Origin: Fluviicola sp.
GTDB lineage: Bacteria; Bacteroidota; Bacteroidia; Flavobacteriales_D; Crocinitomicaceae
Length of the DNA: 64,000 nt
Reading direction: 5' to 3'
Assembly (NCBI GenBank): GCA_002734085.1
Contig: NVXV01000001.1
Coordinates: 159,783-223,782 of the forward strand
Both the position numbers and the translations under genes were made by a program. Shown here one piece after another: positions 28,584 to 38,547 of this stretch. The notes beneath the pieces were generated by a model. The model was not told where the DNA came from and did no database searches. It saw only the letters and a list, made by a program, of their open reading frames with translations. Each line of letters starts with the position of its first letter. Position 1 is the stretch's first letter.

Positions 28584-29765
28584 TTAGTATTTTGCTTGAA
28601 TTGTAGAAATAATTCCGTTCAAATCTGCAACAGACATGTCCCAGAAGTTTTCATTGAACTGAGCCATTAATGACTGGTGCTCAGTTGTAGACATTCTTCT
28701 TGTTTCTAGTGGCGCATATCTTAAGTTCAGAGCAAAAGCGTAAGCTTCGGATAACTCATGTAAAAACTTTGCATCATCTGTACCGAAATTACTAATCGCT
28801 CCTTCCAAATAGGCAATGGCTTGATATGCTGATATCTCTTCCCATTCTGTACGAATAGCTAAAATAGCCTCGTCTCTATCTGCCAATACATCATTTGAAA
28901 TTGCTGCTCTTCCTTTCAAGAAGTTATTCATCATATCTGCATTACAGTTCAAAGTAGCATCTTGATTGTTACAGTATTTACCCCAAAATCTATTTGGAAT
29001 AGTAGATGGAAAATCTGGATCAACTCCGAAATAACCAAAAGCCTCATCAAAATAATGCTCCATTGCTGTATAGTATTCACCATTTGCTGGGTCTACTGCT
29101 GTGGTGTTATCTACATCCATTTTCCCATCACCGAAATAAACATTAAGTGCCTGATTCATAAAAACAGCACCCATTAACCCTTTTTCGATAAGCTGAACAT
29201 ACTCAACTCCATTTTGATTGACAAGGTAAACAGAACCTGAACCTGCTGTTATTGTACCCGCCTGACCATTTGATGCCGTCATTCCGTTAGATGTACTTGC
29301 TACTGCTAAACTATCCATCCATTCTTCAAACATTGACACATCAGGAGCGAAACACTTATTCTTTAATTGTTTACTCGATGAAAAGCTGAAATTACCTCCA
29401 CCGTTATCACCAGTATTGGCAAACATGTCTTTTAAATCTTGAGCACTCACAACTGTTGAGTTTCCAGACTTCATTAATGTTACCATTTCTGATAATTGAT
29501 TTAATCGATCAGTTTGTCCGCTATAGCTTACAGTTGAATTTCCATCACCATCTGTAAAAGCATAAGTGTTTGGAATAGTGTAAGAATTATCTTCACTTTC
29601 TTCAGGATAAGTACAGCTTCCGTCATCCTTTTTTGCTTCTTGGTTAAAATTGGTTGCGGCTGGATCTGTACAGCCTTCCTTTCTACAAGCTGTAATAGAG
29701 ACAGCAACTGCTAATACTAATATAAATTTCTTAAACATAATTAATAGTTTTATTTTCTGGCACAA
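28584..29765 (-). CDS. DUF4856-like lipoprotein (probable start MFKKF at 29738)
   Basis: Lipobox VAVSITAC. It is the first gene of the imelysin/HTTM/TonB-receptor operon. The family assignment rests on recollection of this conserved neighbourhood. Confidence 0.45.
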   Translation of the reverse strand: MCQKIKLLIMFKKFILVLAVAVSITACRKEGCTDPAATNFNQEAKKDDGSCTYPEESEDNSYTIPNTYAFTDGDGNSTVSYSGQTDRLNQLSEMVTLMKSGNSTVVSAQDLKDMFANTGDNGGGNFSFSSSKQLKNKCFAPDVSMFEEWMDSLAVASTSNGMTASNGQAGTITAGSGSVYLVNQNGVEYVQLIEKGLMGAVFMNQALNVYFGDGKMDVDNTTAVDPANGEYYTAMEHYFDEAFGYFGVDPDFPSTIPNRFWGKYCNNQDATLNCNADMMNNFLKGRAAISNDVLADRDEAILAIRTEWEEISAYQAIAYLEGAISNFGTDDAKFLHELSEAYAFALNLRYAPLETRRMSTTEHQSLMAQFNENFWDMSVADLNGIISTIQAKY

Positions 29766-29920
29766 AGAAACTGTGAGAATTCATTTTTCACAATACCACT
29801 TTTATGGTATTTTAGAATCATTTTAAATAAGCAACTTTGTAATCCCATTCAATTTAAAATGGTTAATAAAAAAAGAAAGAGTGGTTTATACATTCTGTAA
29901 AATCTTTAATTAATTTCGTA

Positions 29921-30349
29921 ATGTGTAAACATATCCACTCCAATTGTGTTATTGAGATAAGAGAAAACAAAATGAAAGAGGATAGAAAGGGGTTTAATGA
30001 TTTAACGAAAGAGGAAGCATTTGTTATTCTTCAGAAGGGTACAGAGCGACCATTTACGGGGGAGTTATTAAACAACAAAATTGAGGGAACTTATATTTGT
30101 AAACAATGTGACGCTCCACTTTATCATTCTGAAGCAAAATTTGATTCTTCATGTGGTTGGCCTTCCTTTGATGATGAAATACCTGGAGCTGTAGAGCGCA
30201 TACCAGATGCCGATGGACGCAGAACGGAAATTGTATGCGCCAACTGTAAAGGCCATTTAGGGCACGTGTTTCTTGGAGAAGGGTTTACGGTTAAAAATAC
30301 ACGTCACTGTGTAAATTCGGTTTCTATGAAGTTTGTACCAAATGAATAA
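29921..30349 (+). CDS. msrB: peptide-methionine (R)-S-oxide reductase MsrB (likely start at 29972, MKEDRKG)
   Basis: Two CxxC zinc motifs ([20 protein letters not shown]), GWPSF, and the catalytic RHCVNS. Confidence 0.9.
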   Translation: MCKHIHSNCVIEIRENKMKEDRKGFNDLTKEEAFVILQKGTERPFTGELLNNKIEGTYICKQCDAPLYHSEAKFDSSCGWPSFDDEIPGAVERIPDADGRRTEIVCANCKGHLGHVFLGEGFTVKNTRHCVNSVSMKFVPNE

Positions 30350-30381
30350 ACCTAATCTACTTTCAAGAAAGTTAAAAATTT

Positions 30382-32490
30382 CTAATTGGATAAAATTTTA
30401 AACTCTGTTCTTCTGTTATCTTGATGAGCGGCTTCCTTTTCAGACCTCAATTTCATTTTACTAATTTCTTCATCAGTATTAATTGGTTGCTCCTCACCAT
30501 AACCAGCATATTCCAATCGGTCTTTATCAATTCCTTTTTCGATAAGGTATTCGACAACTGTTTTAGCTCTATTTTTTGAAAGTTCCTTGTTGTACTCTGC
30601 AGAACCCCTTGAATCGGTATGACCGCTAATTTCAATTTTCAAATTTGGATTCTCAATTAATAGTTTTGTCAATCTGTTCAATTCAATTTCCGATTCACTT
30701 CTCAGTGTATACTTATTCAAATCAAAAAAGATATTTCTCAATACAATAGATTGCCCAACATCTACTCTCTTCAAGTCAATAATTTTTTCTACTTCTTTGT
30801 AGTCCGCGTCTTGTGTTACATCAAAATTCTCAGAGTGGAACAAGTAGCCTTCTGCCTTAACAGCAATTCCATAGTTTTTACCACCAGGAAGCGAAACAAG
30901 GTACCTTCCTGTTTTAGCATCAGAACTGAATTCAGCAATAACTTCATTTGTTTCATTGTCCACCAACTCAATTTCAGCTTTCAGCGGTTCTTTTGTTTTA
31001 TCATCTCTAACAATACCTTTCAAAATTGCCAATTGACTTCCCGTAACTTCAACTTTGGGCTCAATTACATTTGCTCTAACAGGAACAGATGAATTAGCAA
31101 GAAGAATGTCTTCTGAGTTGAGAATAGGTTCTTTAACAGGTCCTAAAAACGTGACTTTATATAAATCTTTATCTCCAAAACCACCCTCTCGATATGATGT
31201 CATATAAGCATCTCTACCATTTGCCGCTACAACGAAAAACACATCATCATCAGGTGTATTTACCGGGTATCCGATATTTTCAGGATCTGACCAGCTACCA
31301 TCTTCTTTTTGAACTGTTTTAAAAATATCATACCCCCCCATTGAATTATGTCCTTTTGATGAAAAGTAGAGCGTTTTACCATCGGGGTGAAGAAATATTC
31401 CATCTTCATCATACTTTGTATTAATATTTTCAGGTAATCGTTTTACATCCAACCACTCTTCCTTGTCTTCATTCCAAAAAGCAACATAGATATCACGATC
31501 TTTTGGATCTCCTCTATTTTCCAACGGGCGATCACTCACAAAGAAAAGCCGCTTTGCATCAGAAGAATACCATGCCGAAGCTTCGTGGTACGGACTACAA
31601 ATTTCATCATTAAAGCTTTTTGGCTTGGTCCATTCATTCTCTTCTCGTTTACTTTCATATAAATTACCGTCTCCTTTGTCATCTATATAAACAATCATTT
31701 TTGATCCATCAGGACTCAATGCAACTGCGGCATCATGCCCTTTTGTATTAATTGGATCGCCAACATTTGTGGAGGGAGACCAACCTTTAGTTGTGAATCG
31801 ATTTGAAGTGTAAACATCCTCAAAGTACTGATCTATCATAACATCTTTATCTCCACCTGTAGTTGAAGGTCTTCTACTTGTAAAAAATATTTCAGACGCA
31901 TCTGCTGTCATAATCATTCCATACTCGGGATATTCGGTGTTTATTTGTTTTCCCATGTTGTCAATCCAAACACGTACAGGGTTTTCTACTAATTCTTTAC
32001 CTGATTTACATTCATAGATAAACTTGTTTACATCCATAATAAGCGCAAGATCGTTTTTAGTATCTAATCTTTTTTTGTGCGCTTCGTAGTGTTTAATTGC
32101 ATTATCCCAATCAGACTGTAAATGATATCCTCTACCGATATAAAAATGAATGTCAGGATTCTTATTTGGATTTAATTCAAAAGAAGACTTAAAGAAATCA
32201 AGCGCTTTAAATTTATTGACCGTATTCAAATAACAAAGCCCTAGTTGGAAATTTAAATGAGCACTTTTAGAATTAAAAGCATAAGCTTTTTCATATAAAG
32301 GTAAAGCTTGGCTATATCGAGGAAATGGATTTGGCAGGAGTAATTCATCTCCTTCTTCAAGATAGTCCAAAGCCTCTTTAAATTCCTTTTTATTGTCTTT
32401 AAAGTTTTTCTTATCGAATGTGATCTCTTTTTGAGCGAATAAAAAAGAGCAAGTAAAAATAAAAATGGATGATATAATAATTGTCTTCAT
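30382..32490 (-). CDS. OmpA-family protein with TPR, TolB-like beta-propeller and carboxypeptidase-regulatory-like modules
   Basis: The C-terminal OmpA domain reads IEISGHTDSRGSAEYNKELSKNRAKTVVEYL...NRRTEFKI. The central part has WD40-like repeats. Confidence 0.8.
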   Translation of the reverse strand: MKTIIISSIFIFTCSFLFAQKEITFDKKNFKDNKKEFKEALDYLEEGDELLLPNPFPRYSQALPLYEKAYAFNSKSAHLNFQLGLCYLNTVNKFKALDFFKSSFELNPNKNPDIHFYIGRGYHLQSDWDNAIKHYEAHKKRLDTKNDLALIMDVNKFIYECKSGKELVENPVRVWIDNMGKQINTEYPEYGMIMTADASEIFFTSRRPSTTGGDKDVMIDQYFEDVYTSNRFTTKGWSPSTNVGDPINTKGHDAAVALSPDGSKMIVYIDDKGDGNLYESKREENEWTKPKSFNDEICSPYHEASAWYSSDAKRLFFVSDRPLENRGDPKDRDIYVAFWNEDKEEWLDVKRLPENINTKYDEDGIFLHPDGKTLYFSSKGHNSMGGYDIFKTVQKEDGSWSDPENIGYPVNTPDDDVFFVVAANGRDAYMTSYREGGFGDKDLYKVTFLGPVKEPILNSEDILLANSSVPVRANVIEPKVEVTGSQLAILKGIVRDDKTKEPLKAEIELVDNETNEVIAEFSSDAKTGRYLVSLPGGKNYGIAVKAEGYLFHSENFDVTQDADYKEVEKIIDLKRVDVGQSIVLRNIFFDLNKYTLRSESEIELNRLTKLLIENPNLKIEISGHTDSRGSAEYNKELSKNRAKTVVEYLIEKGIDKDRLEYAGYGEEQPINTDEEISKMKLRSEKEAAHQDNRRTEFKILSN

Positions 32491-33608
32491 TACTTAGATA
32501 TTAAGTTTCCACAACTTGTGCTTTGAAAATATTTGTCTGCAATCTCTACGCCTAGGTTAGAAGCCTCAGACCAGTCTTCACAGGCCTTTTCAACTTCTCG
32601 ATTCATTTCATAAGCTACGCCTCTGTTGTAATATGCAATGCCTAAATTTTTATCGTACTCTATTGCTTTTGTGCTGTACTCTATTGCTTTATCATAATTT
32701 TCTTTTTTGAGGTAGACACCAGCGATATTGTTATAAGCAGAAGCATAGTCTTTTTTTATTTGAATCACTTTTAAAAAATCTTGTAGTGCCCCGTCGAAAT
32801 CTTCATTTTCAAACTTGGCATAGCCTCTATTATTTAAAGCCAAATAATTATCTTCGTCTAAGACGATTGCTTTACTATAGGCTTGTATCGCTTTTATATA
32901 ATCACCCTTTAATCGATATGCACTTCCTAGGTTGTTAAAAGCCAAGACCATTTGAGGGTCGTGAATTGTAGCCGATCTATAGTCTTGAATTGCATCTTGA
33001 ATATTATCTAGCAGTTTATTAGCGCTACCTCTATCATTATAAGCGTCAGCAAAATCTTTCTTTAATAGAATTGCTCCAGTAAAATCGTCTTTTGCTTTTT
33101 CGTATTCTCCAAGTTTAAAATATTGTATTCCTCTTTGATAGTGATATGCTTCTTCCTTGGCGTTTGAGGCAATTGCATTTGAATAATGCCGTATCGCCTT
33201 ATGAAGGCTATCCGTCATTTCCGCTAACGCACCTAGTTCAAAATGGATTTTGTCTAAAGAAGCGTCTTGCGAAATGACCTCAAGAAAATCAGCTTCTGCT
33301 TCGCTATACTTTTCTAGTGCAATATTTGTATACCCTCTGTTACTGTAGGCTTTTGTGAATTCTGGCGCGATTTCAATAGCTTTTGAAAAGGCCGCTATCG
33401 CAGAAGTGTAATTTTTGTTTTCAAAGGCAGTTATTCCTTCATTATATGCTTTTTGAGCCTCGGGATCAATTCCCGAAGAATCAATTTCAACATTTTTTGC
33501 GACAACCATTTTTACTGAATCTTCTTGAGCATACAAGAATGTAGTAAAAGTAACTAGTAATGAAATGATTAGCGTATTAACTTTCATATAGTAAGTATTT
33601 AAAATCAT
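32490..33608 (-). CDS. tetratricopeptide-repeat protein
   Basis: About 9 tandem TPR units (AxxxYxxAIxxxP pattern) and a signal peptide. It shares a 1-nt junction with the OmpA-family gene. Confidence 0.8.
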   Translation of the reverse strand: MILNTYYMKVNTLIISLLVTFTTFLYAQEDSVKMVVAKNVEIDSSGIDPEAQKAYNEGITAFENKNYTSAIAAFSKAIEIAPEFTKAYSNRGYTNIALEKYSEAEADFLEVISQDASLDKIHFELGALAEMTDSLHKAIRHYSNAIASNAKEEAYHYQRGIQYFKLGEYEKAKDDFTGAILLKKDFADAYNDRGSANKLLDNIQDAIQDYRSATIHDPQMVLAFNNLGSAYRLKGDYIKAIQAYSKAIVLDEDNYLALNNRGYAKFENEDFDGALQDFLKVIQIKKDYASAYNNIAGVYLKKENYDKAIEYSTKAIEYDKNLGIAYYNRGVAYEMNREVEKACEDWSEASNLGVEIADKYFQSTSCGNLISK

Positions 33609-33658
33609 TGCAAGATAACAGTTTAGACTGAAAACTACAATTTACCTACCAAGATAAT

Positions 33659-34126
33659 TTATACGCACATCTTCTCAAATTCTTTACATTGGCATAGTTC
33701 GCTTCCGAATGGACAAAAATCACAATCATAATCACAAAACTCTATCGTTTGAACGCCTATGTTAACTGGAACAAATTTATCTGTCCATACTTGACGAACA
33801 AGTTCATATTTCAAGGTGTCAGGAACGTTCATCGGAAAATCTAGCTCAAACCCATATTCTGACAGTAAATTTTCTAAATATGGAAATAGCTTTGTGATCT
33901 GCGGTTTGTTTAATTTTTCAATTGGCGGAAGTAAAATTTGTTCAATTCCAACAATTTTTCCTAGCTCTATTTGTTTTCCATACAAATAATGCTCTATGAA
34001 AGCTATGCTAGCTTCATCGTCTTCTTCACTCTCAAATTCATAATTATCACAGAAAATTTCCCTGTTTGGAGCAAGTGCGATTGCCTCCTCAAGATCTTCG
34101 ATTAATTGGTGGATATATCGATTCAT
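33659..34126 (-). CDS. small acidic protein with C-terminal Cys cluster, function unknown
   Basis: 155 aa. The tail reads CDYDCDFCPFGSELCQCKEFEKMC (7 Cys in 24 residues). Confidence 0.4.
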   Translation of the reverse strand: MNRYIHQLIEDLEEAIALAPNREIFCDNYEFESEEDDEASIAFIEHYLYGKQIELGKIVGIEQILLPPIEKLNKPQITKLFPYLENLLSEYGFELDFPMNVPDTLKYELVRQVWTDKFVPVNIGVQTIEFCDYDCDFCPFGSELCQCKEFEKMCV

Positions 34127-34194
34127 AAGTTGTGTTTTACTCCAACCAAATTAAACATAAAAACAGTATGAAAAAAGAAAAAAACTGTAAAATC

Positions 34195-34965
34195 TCAGTA
34201 TTTTATTACGAAATGTTCCTTTTCTTGATGGCTTCGACGCATAATAATACCCATTTTAAATAAATCAATTGAAAGATGATATCTTTTGTCTGAAACTACT
34301 TTTTCCCATGTACGTTGCATGTCATTACTCCAACGAATATCGTCGAGCAAAATAATTGATTCTTCGTGAATGTGATTATTTAGAACATCTAGTTGTTCGA
34401 GTAGTTTTTCTCCACGGTGATCACCATCAATAAAAACGAAGTCAAAGTTTGTGCCTTTATAATCCCTTAAGTAAGAAACAAAATCGCTAATCACAAAATC
34501 AACATTTTTCGTTTGATACTCACGGTGCATTTTTTGTGCTAAAGAGGAAGTTTCTGGGCAGCCTTCTACTGTAAAAACCTTACTATTTGGATTCCCGTGT
34601 GCCAACATAAATGTTCCAACTCCGAGAGAGGTTCCCAATTCTAATATCGTTTCAGGCTTATAATGATGTACTAATTTAAAAATCAACTGACCATATCTGG
34701 AACTAGTACCTGATATTTTTGCAATACTTTTAACTTTTCTGTGTTTACTCAGCTTTTTTGATCCTGCCCCTAAGTCAGTTACTTCAATAAATGAATCATC
34801 TTGATTTAGTTGAGTTTTATAGCTTAAAAAACGTTTAAAAACGTTTTGAGACACTTTCTTTCGCAAACAATTATCCAATAAATCATATACAAACGGAGAG
34901 TGTACGCCATGTCTTCCCTTTGCAATTAGCTTATAATTTATATATTCACGAAGAATTTTTATCAT
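34195..34965 (-). CDS. class I SAM-dependent (O-)methyltransferase, Methyltransf_24-like
   Basis: ILELGTSLGVGTFML motif I and FDFVFIDGDHRGE, typical of the CCoAOMT-like/MT_24 group. Confidence 0.65.
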   Translation of the reverse strand: MIKILREYINYKLIAKGRHGVHSPFVYDLLDNCLRKKVSQNVFKRFLSYKTQLNQDDSFIEVTDLGAGSKKLSKHRKVKSIAKISGTSSRYGQLIFKLVHHYKPETILELGTSLGVGTFMLAHGNPNSKVFTVEGCPETSSLAQKMHREYQTKNVDFVISDFVSYLRDYKGTNFDFVFIDGDHRGEKLLEQLDVLNNHIHEESIILLDDIRWSNDMQRTWEKVVSDKRYHLSIDLFKMGIIMRRSHQEKEHFVIKY

Positions 34966-35014
34966 AGACCATACGAAAATACGTTATTTTAGCGTTCGTA
35001 CAAGAGAAAACGTT

Positions 35015-36427
35015 ATGGAATCACTTACTACAGATACAGAAATAGAAAGACAAAGAGCGCTTGCTTTTAGCGAGCAGCCTGAAATAAAGTTGGTCGGACC
35101 TTGTAAACTTAATGATGGTGTCATTCGACATTCCACATTTGAGCAAAAAAAGTATGTTGTAAAATTCATGAAGTCCGATATATCCATCCAGTTTTTTATT
35201 CCCGCATCTGGATCTGGTTCAAGAATGTTTCAGTTTCTGTACGATTTTTTAGAGGATCCAACAGAGGAGAATCGAAGTAAGACTGAAAAGTTTTTAAATG
35301 CGATTGAAGACTTTCCTTTTTTCGAACTTTTACCTTATGATTTAAAAGAGAGGGTGAGAGACTATGACATAAATTTAGACGAATTTGTGGCTTATATACT
35401 CAAAGAAGAAGGCCTTGGATTAGGATTATTACCAAAAGGGCTTTTACCTTTTCATAGGTCGAGAAGTTTTATTCTAAATGCTTTTCAAGAGCAGTTACTG
35501 CAAGGGCTAAGACTAAAGGAGCAAGAAATTCATTTTCACTTTACAATTAATGGTCAATTTGAGGCAAAGATTAGAAAATCCTTAGAGTCTATTGAGCAAT
35601 TAACTGGAAGAAAGTGTAAAATAACATGTTCTACACAAGACCCAAAAACAGATGCAATCGCTTTTGATCACGAGCAAAATCCAATTCACAAAAATGGTAG
35701 TGATGAAATCCTAACACGACCTTCCGGACATGGAGCTTTGCTTGAAAATCTGAATAAGCTTGATGGAGAACTTATATTCATAAAAAACATCGATAATATA
35801 CAACACGAATCAAATGCCGAAACGTCAGTAGAAAATTTACGTTATCTAGGAGGTCTGCTACAGGACTTTAGAGAGGAATTAAAAACAATTTATAATTCAA
35901 ACAGCAAACAAAAAGACCTGGAAGAGTTAAACGAAAGGTATCAATTCATTGATAAATCCATTGATTTTAAAAAGCTAAAGGATCAAGAGGTAGTTGATAT
36001 GATCAATCGTCCCACGAGAGTTTGTGGAATGGTGAAAAACGAAGGTCAGCCTGGTGGAGGTCCTTTTTGGGTGGAGGAAAAAGGATCTAGATCAAAACAA
36101 ATCGTTGAGAAATCTCAAATAAAAATGAAAGGGGAGCAATATCGACTGATGGTACAAAGTCAATATTTTAACCCTGTACTTATGGCTGTTTCAACGAAAG
36201 ACCTGAACGGAAACAAGATTGACTTAGTTGAATATGCGGATCATTCAAAATATTTTATTGTTAACAAGAAATTTGAAGGGCGGCCTATAAAATTTATGGA
36301 AAAGCCAGGTTTATGGAACGGTAGTATGGCTGATTGGCTTACCATTTTTGTTGAAGTTCCTTCACAAACATTTACTCCTGTTAAAACGGTGTTGGATTTG
36401 TTGGATGAGGCACATGAGGAGGGGTAG
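35015..36427 (+). CDS. DUF4301-like protein, possible sugar-nucleotidyltransferase fold
   Basis: 470 aa. FFIPASGSGSRMF resembles the G-x-G-(T/S)-R nucleotide-binding loop of UDP-sugar pyrophosphorylases. The family name comes from memory of Flavobacteriia annotations. Confidence 0.45.
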   Translation: MESLTTDTEIERQRALAFSEQPEIKLVGPCKLNDGVIRHSTFEQKKYVVKFMKSDISIQFFIPASGSGSRMFQFLYDFLEDPTEENRSKTEKFLNAIEDFPFFELLPYDLKERVRDYDINLDEFVAYILKEEGLGLGLLPKGLLPFHRSRSFILNAFQEQLLQGLRLKEQEIHFHFTINGQFEAKIRKSLESIEQLTGRKCKITCSTQDPKTDAIAFDHEQNPIHKNGSDEILTRPSGHGALLENLNKLDGELIFIKNIDNIQHESNAETSVENLRYLGGLLQDFREELKTIYNSNSKQKDLEELNERYQFIDKSIDFKKLKDQEVVDMINRPTRVCGMVKNEGQPGGGPFWVEEKGSRSKQIVEKSQIKMKGEQYRLMVQSQYFNPVLMAVSTKDLNGNKIDLVEYADHSKYFIVNKKFEGRPIKFMEKPGLWNGSMADWLTIFVEVPSQTFTPVKTVLDLLDEAHEEG

Positions 36428-36627
36428 GTTGGGAGGATTGGTGATTTTAATTGCTCCAATGATGCCGTAAGGAAATAGTATTTCTCATAATGCTCATTAG
36501 AATTGATTTTCTGGTTTTGCATAAATTTTTCAAAAGTCAACATTTTCAATATGCCATTCAGGAATATCAAAATCCTCAGTTTGATTTATGTGCAGGCTTC
36601 ATATTCTGTGGTATTAATAAAATTAAC

Positions 36628-37800
36628 TTAATCACTATTTTTTGATAGAGTTTCCTCAACTAAAATGGTTAACAAATCAATCCCTTCATTATAATCTTTA
36701 ATATATTTCCATGCATACCATTTTGGATTTTCGTCCATTTCAAAACCATCCTTTACATATTTAGTTGGAATTTGATCCTCTTTTTTTCCAAGAATATAAA
36801 TTCCGTAATACACCGAACCTATATCATCCTCAATCCTAAATGAAATATTATCTGGATTTTTATTTGGTATTAACTCAACATATTTCCTTTCCGTTTCTAA
36901 GTTCAGTTTTAACTCCAAACCATATTCCTCTTTAAATTTTAATCTCTTTTCCGCACATTGATCATACCAATGTTCTATTAAATCCTTGCGAAAATCATTA
37001 TACATGTTATTCATGTAGCTCATAAATGATTCTATCCCTTCATTATAGCTGCCTATCTTCTCAAGTTTTTCAACTAAGTTTAGGTTCTCAAGACCTAAAT
37101 GATTCACTAATTCTTGCTTTATTTTTCCGTTCATTTCACTATTATATTTTTCATTATCCATAAAATATTTGAGGTAATCGATGTATTGGTCTACTCCGCT
37201 ATTCAATAAATTCTGGTCTTTAGGAATTGTCTCTTCAAATTTATCGAGGATTGGGAGCAAATCTTTTTCTACAGAAACGCTTTTAAACCTTCCCTTAAAT
37301 TTGCTTTGATTTTCTACGCTAAAACTGCTGAACGGAATCTTTGATTCATTGGGTGTCAAATAAATTACATAAATTGAGTCATCTTTGAAATTCAAGTAAT
37401 TTCTACAAAAATCAATATAACGATCAATTTGATTGGGTTGATCAACTGCATCATAGAGTTTATTCTCGACAATTATCGCAAAATCCTTTTTCTGCCTAAT
37501 AAGTATATCAATTCTGTATTTTTCAACAGTCACTTCTATATTCTTAATGTTCTCAGAAAAAATAAAGTCTTCATTATCTTGAAGGTGGTTAATTAATTCT
37601 CTGGCAAAAAGATAATCGTCCTTTTTACGACACTTATACCTCAATAATTCAGCAAGAATTCGACTCTGTGCATTCTCATCAATATTGACTGCATCCAGGG
37701 GGTTAAACCTGTAAGGATATTCCTTCTCAATTGAATGCTTAATTTTCTGAAAACAATCAATCTCTGCTATCATTTTATTTACTTGACTTTTAGGTTCCAT
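36628..37800 (-). CDS. PD-(D/E)xK nuclease-family protein
   Basis: The N-terminal helix DENAQSRILAELLRY is followed by YRIDILIRQKKDFAIIVENKLYDAVDQPNQIDRYIDF. This gives D...E-x-K plus a Q..RY helix, typical of the PDDEXK_4-like family. Confidence 0.6.
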   Translation of the reverse strand: MEPKSQVNKMIAEIDCFQKIKHSIEKEYPYRFNPLDAVNIDENAQSRILAELLRYKCRKKDDYLFARELINHLQDNEDFIFSENIKNIEVTVEKYRIDILIRQKKDFAIIVENKLYDAVDQPNQIDRYIDFCRNYLNFKDDSIYVIYLTPNESKIPFSSFSVENQSKFKGRFKSVSVEKDLLPILDKFEETIPKDQNLLNSGVDQYIDYLKYFMDNEKYNSEMNGKIKQELVNHLGLENLNLVEKLEKIGSYNEGIESFMSYMNNMYNDFRKDLIEHWYDQCAEKRLKFKEEYGLELKLNLETERKYVELIPNKNPDNISFRIEDDIGSVYYGIYILGKKEDQIPTKYVKDGFEMDENPKWYAWKYIKDYNEGIDLLTILVEETLSKNSD

Positions 37801-37809
37801 AATATGAAG

Positions 37810-38319
37810 TTAATAATTTGAATTGAATTCACTCTTAATTATAAAAAACACTGCGTGAATTTCACAAGCAATTCTCTTTATCTGGTCAATTATAAATGTT
37901 TGTCTAGACAGATCTGAATCAAAATGATTTAGATCAACATAAATACATTCCAATCCGTGTATTTTTATGAGATCGTAATCCAATTTTCTTTTTAATCTTC
38001 TTATTAATGCACGTAATTCCGACATTGATAGCCGAAAATTATGAGTTTGGTATTTGTAGAGGTCAATTATAACTTTGTTGACTGTATGTAAACTATTATC
38101 ATGCGAGGACATGAAATATATACCTGATTTTACAAAGTATGTTTGATGAGATACCTGAAACAAATATTTTCCTTTTTCAAAATCAGCATATTTAATAAGG
38201 TGATCTATATTTGTCTCCAAACAAGATTTTTCAATTTGAACATCTATGTTCTCTAATAATAGTTGCATCTCACTTTTCTGTGAATGTCTCAATATTTTTC
38301 TGATGTATGACTTATTCAT
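37810..38319 (-). CDS. hypothetical 169-aa protein (orphan), co-transcribed with the nuclease gene
   Basis: Clean ORF 9 nt upstream of the PD-(D/E)xK gene. No motif was recognised. Confidence 0.4.
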   Translation of the reverse strand: MNKSYIRKILRHSQKSEMQLLLENIDVQIEKSCLETNIDHLIKYADFEKGKYLFQVSHQTYFVKSGIYFMSSHDNSLHTVNKVIIDLYKYQTHNFRLSMSELRALIRRLKRKLDYDLIKIHGLECIYVDLNHFDSDLSRQTFIIDQIKRIACEIHAVFFIIKSEFNSNY

Positions 38320-38393
38320 CTTTTAAATTTACTCATGGTTTTGTTTTTTTGTTTGATATAAATATGTGGGGATGGGTACGCCAAATGATGACG

Positions 38394-38450
38394 GTGGTCT
38401 CGATACATTTCAAAACTTCACGTTGTTTCGTTTTGAAACACTCGACCACC
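38394..38450 (-). repeat. intergenic hairpin repeat module, copy 3
   Basis: The plus strand reads GGTGGTCTCGATACATTTCAAAACTTCACGTTGTTTCGTTTTGAAACACTCGACCACC. It has the same conserved flanks as the 23.6-kb copies, a different but complementary 9-bp stem, and an outer GGTGGTC/GACCACC stem. Confidence 0.55.
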
Positions 38451-38547
38451 TTTGATTTTCGTAGGTTATGTAGCCTGCAGCTTGATATAATCTTCAAGGC
38501 ATACTAAAAACAGTTTGTTTTAAAAAAGTCGGGAACTATTTCAATAT

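Noticed and set aside
33659-33740. CxxxCxxC in the 155-aa protein as a radical-SAM enzyme
   Set aside because: The protein is far too short for a TIM-barrel rSAM core, and the motif sits at the extreme C-terminus. It is more likely a simple metal-binding knot.
36241-36570. 109-aa minus-strand ORF at the left edge of the accessory islet
   Set aside because: About 190 nt of it is antisense to the 3' end of the DUF4301-like gene. Only ~47 codons lie in intergenic DNA and they carry no recognisable motif. A small gene remnant cannot be excluded.
38307-38507. 66-aa plus-strand ORF in the ORF6N/orphan spacer
   Set aside because: It runs antisense to the local operon and spans the hairpin repeat, so it is most likely non-coding.
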